From the NCBI GenBank assembly GCA_026026165.1, contig JAPEUD010000002.1, positions 744,001 to 798,914 on the forward strand: DNA of 54,914 bases, given 5' to 3'. A program made the position numbers and the translations under genes. Of the stretch, positions 50,513 through 54,914 are shown one piece after another (within the stretch, counting starts at the first letter, position 1; every line of letters starts with the position of its first letter). The DNA is from Sarea resinae. Lineage: Eukaryota. A model generated the notes under the pieces. That model was given only the letters and a program-made list of their open reading frames with translations. It did not search any database and was not told where the DNA came from.

Positions 50513-53164
50513 ATGGCTACTGTCTCTGCTCCGTGGCCTCCGAAGCCCGATCTATTCGACGAAGTACAGTGGAGTTCGTATCCAACCCTCGAACAGTATA
50601 AACAAGCTTTTCAACTTTGGAAACTTCCGAATGCTGAAATTGATATTCCCGAGCTTCCGGAGGCCGGTGGAGGTGGCCTAGATATGGATCCACGACACAG
50701 TCTCGTTCGGCGGCTCTATAGCAGGCTCAAACGTAATTCGGTCGAGCCCGAAGCTCCCCTCGCAGATGCGCAAAGAAAACATGCGACGAATCGATACTCT
50801 TCCTGGTCTGCTGGTGATGTTAATCGCATCATCAACCCTTCAGGAGTGGGTCCCACGAAGGAGACCATCCTGGTGGACAATCGCACCTACAAGCCTTATT
50901 GGAAACAGGCAGATCTCAAAGCAGCACTTCGCAGCCGGGGTCTTGACACAACTGGCGTCGTTTCAGTACTGAAGGATCGCCTCTTCGACTATGAGTTACA
51001 AGAACTGATAGTACCTTACTCACTCCCGCGATCGAATCTGGGACATTGGGGGATTGACAGGGCAAAAGACTTCATAATCCCCTCCGGAACCAACAGTGCC
51101 TTCGACCCTTTTGATCTCTATACCCTGGCTCTGCAGAGATCACCCTATAACCCTACTTACTGGGTTAGCAGAGGTTTTCTGTTCTATCAGATTGGCTTCT
51201 ATGACCTTGCGCTTGGTGATGCCTATAGAGCCTGGTATCTAGTAGAGCACTTGGTGAATTCTGCATTTAGAAATAAGCAGCCAGGTCTCTACCCTCGTAT
51301 CTGGGATTCCATAGTCGAGCACTTGAAGCTGGCTGCAGAGGAAGAGCCAGACATACGTGAATGTATGAGAAAGCAAAACGGTATGGACTCGTGGATCAAT
51401 CCCGCTCCGCAGCAGAGGCTAATAGACCTATCAGGAATCGATACATTTATTCCATCTTTGAGAAGGGCACTGCACCACATCATATCCTTGAGCCTGATAG
51501 CTTTGGAAGCATGGGAAGATTACTCCCAAATGGATGAATATGCGACCCAAAGATTGAGAGGAATACATGAGGACGTACACCCTTTCACCTTACGGATGGA
51601 GAATATGCGGGACTTTGTTAAGTCCAAACAGAATGAGGAGGCTTCGAACTTTACAATGTGGGCGCATGAACGCTCAATGGGAAACAGCCATCACACTCAA
51701 ATGTACCCCCAAAGCGCTCGAAATGTCGACCGAGCCGCGGAAAATTTCAGGCAGGTCCTGACCAACAGCTACATCAATGGGTGGCCTGGAGCAGACCCAG
51801 AACAACCCCTCCTGGAAGTCCGCCAAGGAGAAGTTGGACTGGCTGTGCATGCCCAACAAGACATCGACAAAGGTGCCGTCCTTTACACGGATGAGCCGAG
51901 CGCGAGGGGTAATATGCGCCGTCAGCACCGGATGCCCAATCTCTCATGCGAGAATTGCAAGAAGATAATCTCTCGTCGTGCTCAGGAGGTTCTCGAAGAA
52001 GATTGGGAGGATCTTCCAGATCTCTCGAAGCAGGCAAACCAGGAGCCGGACATCTGCGCCTGCCTCAAACCTGAGCAGAAGATGTACTTCTGCAGAGACC
52101 CATCCGGCGCTAATGATGAGCGTAGCAGTCGCAGAAAGCGTAGGCGATCGCCTTCAGAGGGCCGGCATACTCGTTCCAGGAAGAGAAGAGCGATGACCGG
52201 GGATTCCTCCTCGAATGATTCATCTCCTGAGGAGGGAGAGGGCGATGCGCTCCGGAGGACTTGCCTGGAGCCTGCCAGAAACGTATTCCATTACAGGGCT
52301 TGTGGGAAAGACTGGGAATGGCTTCATCACGGAATGCAAAATCTACTATCCAGCGGTGAAGGCGTAAGATACAAAAAGGAAGTCAATCATGAGAGGCATG
52401 GGACCATCTTGAGTCTTCTTTTGCGTGATGTTTTCGACATGACGCTTATGGCACGCGACAAGGGAGAGCCCAGTGGCGTTCTTGCCCACGAGATAGATGC
52501 CATGATCCCCCTTTGCGGAGGCGAGGATATGCTTGGACAGCGCTTTCCATTCAGGTGGGCGGGCAATATCGTCGTTCCATTCGACATCGTGCTTGCTCTT
52601 GGAGTCGACATCTTCGCCGATCTCGATTTCGACACTTGGGTCATACAACTGGTACTCAGAAAGTTGTTGCTCAATGTCGTGCCGTGGGACAAATATCGCC
52701 GAGGAATTGAAGCCCGAATCAACTACCCAAGGGTTCCCGTTGATCCTGAATACGAACCGGAGGAGGAGACCTGTGGCGCCAAGCTCGAAACGTTCTACCT
52801 CCATACCGGTTATGCGTTATTCAACCACGCGTGCGGCAAGGAAGCCAATGCGAAATGGTTCTGGGACAAAGCACAGTACGGCGGGATCAACAATCGGATA
52901 ATCGTCCAAGCGACCAGGCCGATCGCCAAGGACGAGGAGATCAGAGTGAAATACTACTACGAAGGGCCCCATCCAGGGAATGAGCCCGAGAATGAGTTTC
53001 CTCATGAGCCCGACATGTTGAGATCGTTTGGAAGGGGATGTGATTGTGCGAGATGCACGCGCGAGCGCGAAGCCGCCGCAAATCAGAATCAGGAGCATCA
53101 CAGCGATGACGGCGATGATAACGGCAACCGAGATGAGCATGGTGACAGTCTTTACGATGACTAG
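50513..53164 (+). CDS. SAP + TPR + split SET (SMYD/Set5-like) putative lysine methyltransferase; intronless
   Basis: SAP-like WKQADLKAALRSRGLDTTGVVSVLKDRL; TPR-like YTLALQRSPYNPTYWVSRG..YDLALGDAYRA; SET-N GLAVHAQQDIDKG; Cys-rich insert; LFNHAC; DEEIRVKY; post-SET CDCARC; NLS-like RRKRRR. Confidence 0.8.
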   Translation: MATVSAPWPPKPDLFDEVQWSSYPTLEQYKQAFQLWKLPNAEIDIPELPEAGGGGLDMDPRHSLVRRLYSRLKRNSVEPEAPLADAQRKHATNRYSSWSAGDVNRIINPSGVGPTKETILVDNRTYKPYWKQADLKAALRSRGLDTTGVVSVLKDRLFDYELQELIVPYSLPRSNLGHWGIDRAKDFIIPSGTNSAFDPFDLYTLALQRSPYNPTYWVSRGFLFYQIGFYDLALGDAYRAWYLVEHLVNSAFRNKQPGLYPRIWDSIVEHLKLAAEEEPDIRECMRKQNGMDSWINPAPQQRLIDLSGIDTFIPSLRRALHHIISLSLIALEAWEDYSQMDEYATQRLRGIHEDVHPFTLRMENMRDFVKSKQNEEASNFTMWAHERSMGNSHHTQMYPQSARNVDRAAENFRQVLTNSYINGWPGADPEQPLLEVRQGEVGLAVHAQQDIDKGAVLYTDEPSARGNMRRQHRMPNLSCENCKKIISRRAQEVLEEDWEDLPDLSKQANQEPDICACLKPEQKMYFCRDPSGANDERSSRRKRRRSPSEGRHTRSRKRRAMTGDSSSNDSSPEEGEGDALRRTCLEPARNVFHYRACGKDWEWLHHGMQNLLSSGEGVRYKKEVNHERHGTILSLLLRDVFDMTLMARDKGEPSGVLAHEIDAMIPLCGGEDMLGQRFPFRWAGNIVVPFDIVLALGVDIFADLDFDTWVIQLVLRKLLLNVVPWDKYRRGIEARINYPRVPVDPEYEPEEETCGAKLETFYLHTGYALFNHACGKEANAKWFWDKAQYGGINNRIIVQATRPIAKDEEIRVKYYYEGPHPGNEPENEFPHEPDMLRSFGRGCDCARCTREREAAANQNQEHHSDDGDDNGNRDEHGDSLYDD

Positions 53165-54899
53165 GGTTGCGGAACGAGATGTGGATGATGCCGAACGTCG
53201 ACCATCGAGCCGTGGCCAGAGCTCGAGTGCAGGCTCTGATTGCGGTGGGGCTCTACGATAAGAGAGAGCGTGTCGAAGGTCATGGGTCACACTATGTTCT
53301 CGATCGCTGGAGGAAGTGAAGTCGAGGGTCTCCAGCTGTCACTGCACCTTGCGCTCTTGACTGGTGATGGCATCTCCGTCGAATCGCAGGGTATTACATG
53401 GAGAGAGTGAGTAACTGGTTGTCTCTGTCATCATCTGCCATACATGGGCCATTCTATGAGTAAGAACGGACTCTGCGGTTTGCGGTTGGCGGTTGGCGGT
53501 AGGCGGTTCGGGCGGTGGCAGTACCGCCACGCACCAGCCTCGACCCCAGTCAGCCTTGTCCGCAGGCCTGGCGATACTGTGCCTTGCCTACGAAGTACTC
53601 GTACTTCGTACGAAGTACTCCACCCTCGGCCCGGCGCCTATCTGCTACCTACCGGCACGGGTACGAGGAAGGGGTACTTCGTACTCCGCTACTCTACCTA
53701 CCGGCTCTGCTCCTCGACAGCTGGAAAGGCACGGAATTCTGCCTTGCTAAATAAATGAACAAGATCCCTTGACTCTTCGAGCTGGCTGCTACTCTTGCCC
53801 TCTTCTCACACCTCAGCCAATTCAACTCGCTGGCATTACTCATCCTTTGTACGGGGGCGGCGATGAGAGCCCAACCGTGGAAGGTAGGACGATTGCTGGA
53901 ATGTCAGGCGGCCTGGCTGGCCTTGAACATTGTATCTCTGCGCCTTTCCGTTCGCTCACAGCAAATCTCTGCGAGCTGGGCAATTGAGGTAGTGAGCAAC
54001 AGTGTTGTTCTTCGGCGTCTAACAGCAGCGATACCAACAACAACAACAGCATGGTGATCATTACCAGGTAGGTAGGTTCCGAGGGGCTACCCGGACATGC
54101 GCCATGGCGACGGCCAAGTGCGAAGTACCTCGATGTACTGAAGTCGAATACGAAGTGTCACGCCCCTCGACCCAGACCCCTCACCGTACCACGACCCATG
54201 GCTATCCAGGCCGGCCGCGCCCTGGTGGCCGGGTCTGGAGTGTTGGGGCCGTGCACCCCAGCTGTTTGACCTGCCTGTGATGAACTTTCTAACATCTTTC
54301 ACCGGATCCCAAGCAACCACCACTTCTGCACCGCTCTGCACTGCTCTGCACCGCTTCCCCTGGCGCAGATCTCTCAGCTCTGCAGACATTGATCTTCAGA
54401 TACTCCGCAGACTCCACTCTCGTTGCAGCGAACCCCATGTGGGCTTAACCACATGTGGCCCGCGACCGAGGAATCCAACCTAATCGGATTATCTTCAGCT
54501 TCAAGCACTAATGTAGCCGCTGCGGGAATGCAGGCTGGGCCTTCTCCCATTACCATTCATCGGCGTCATGCCATCATGGATGCATAACATTTCACCGGAA
54601 GAACAGGCCACAACTGCTCAGCCGTGGCAGGTCCTGGGCGTTGGCCGACTTACTGTTTGCTCGTATCCTAGCATTCCGAGTCACCGGTGTCCGTTGGTCA
54701 TGACGATTTTCTCTGTTGTCGAGATCGCTGCGGCCAATCCTGGTCCAGGGATCATCTCCAACGAAATTCGGCACATACTAATTTGCACCGCATCTACCAC
54801 GATCGACTGCGTTGACATGTTATCTCTCGACGGATCTTTGGCCTATGTGATTGTTACCTGCCTTTTTCCCGTCAGGGATTGATGAAGCAGCCCCCCCCC

Positions 54900-54914
54900 C
54901 TGTCTCTTATACAC
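54900..54914 (+). other. Nextera/Tn5 mosaic-end adapter remnant (assembly artefact)
   Basis: The window ends in CTGTCTCTTATACAC, identical to the first 15 nt of the Tn5 mosaic end CTGTCTCTTATACACATCT, after a poly-C run. Confidence 0.9.

Noticed and set aside
54480..54890. Possible minus-strand exons (GTAACA and GTAAGT donor-like sites) of a gene entering from the right edge
   Set aside because: Could not build a convincing reading frame or recognise a product; adjacent to the artefactual contig end.

Overview
Eukaryotic (fungal) genomic DNA from a filamentous ascomycete (Pezizomycotina, probably Eurotiomycetes-like; this placement is inferred from gene content and short GT-AG introns with CTRAC/CTAAY branch sites). 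About 14 protein-coding genes, mostly conserved housekeeping genes: STT4 PI4-kinase (truncated at the left edge), Chk2/Cds1 kinase, CYP51B-type sterol 14-demethylase, DGA1, an STK19-like protein, a GT23/fucosyltransferase-like membrane protein, KipA kinesin-7, KIN28, mitoribosomal FYV4/mS41, a DUF3074 protein, a Zn alcohol dehydrogenase, a large Pro-rich/coiled-coil unknown, a C2H2 transcription factor and an intronless SAP-TPR-SET protein. The most unusual locus is ~22.7-25.0 kb: a decayed Mutator (MULE) transposase sits tail-to-tail against an intact but divergent GCN5 (HAT + bromodomain), which suggests a transposon-captured histone acetyltransferase. Other points: duplicated PLP|PRP exon modules, a long leader with two introns and uORFs upstream of the C2H2 factor, a GC-AG intron in DGA1, a dispersed TACTCCG(G)AGTA-type intergenic motif, and a Nextera/Tn5 adapter remnant at the right end. 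No rRNA, tRNA or CRISPR was seen. Exon boundaries were read by eye and no database searches were run.
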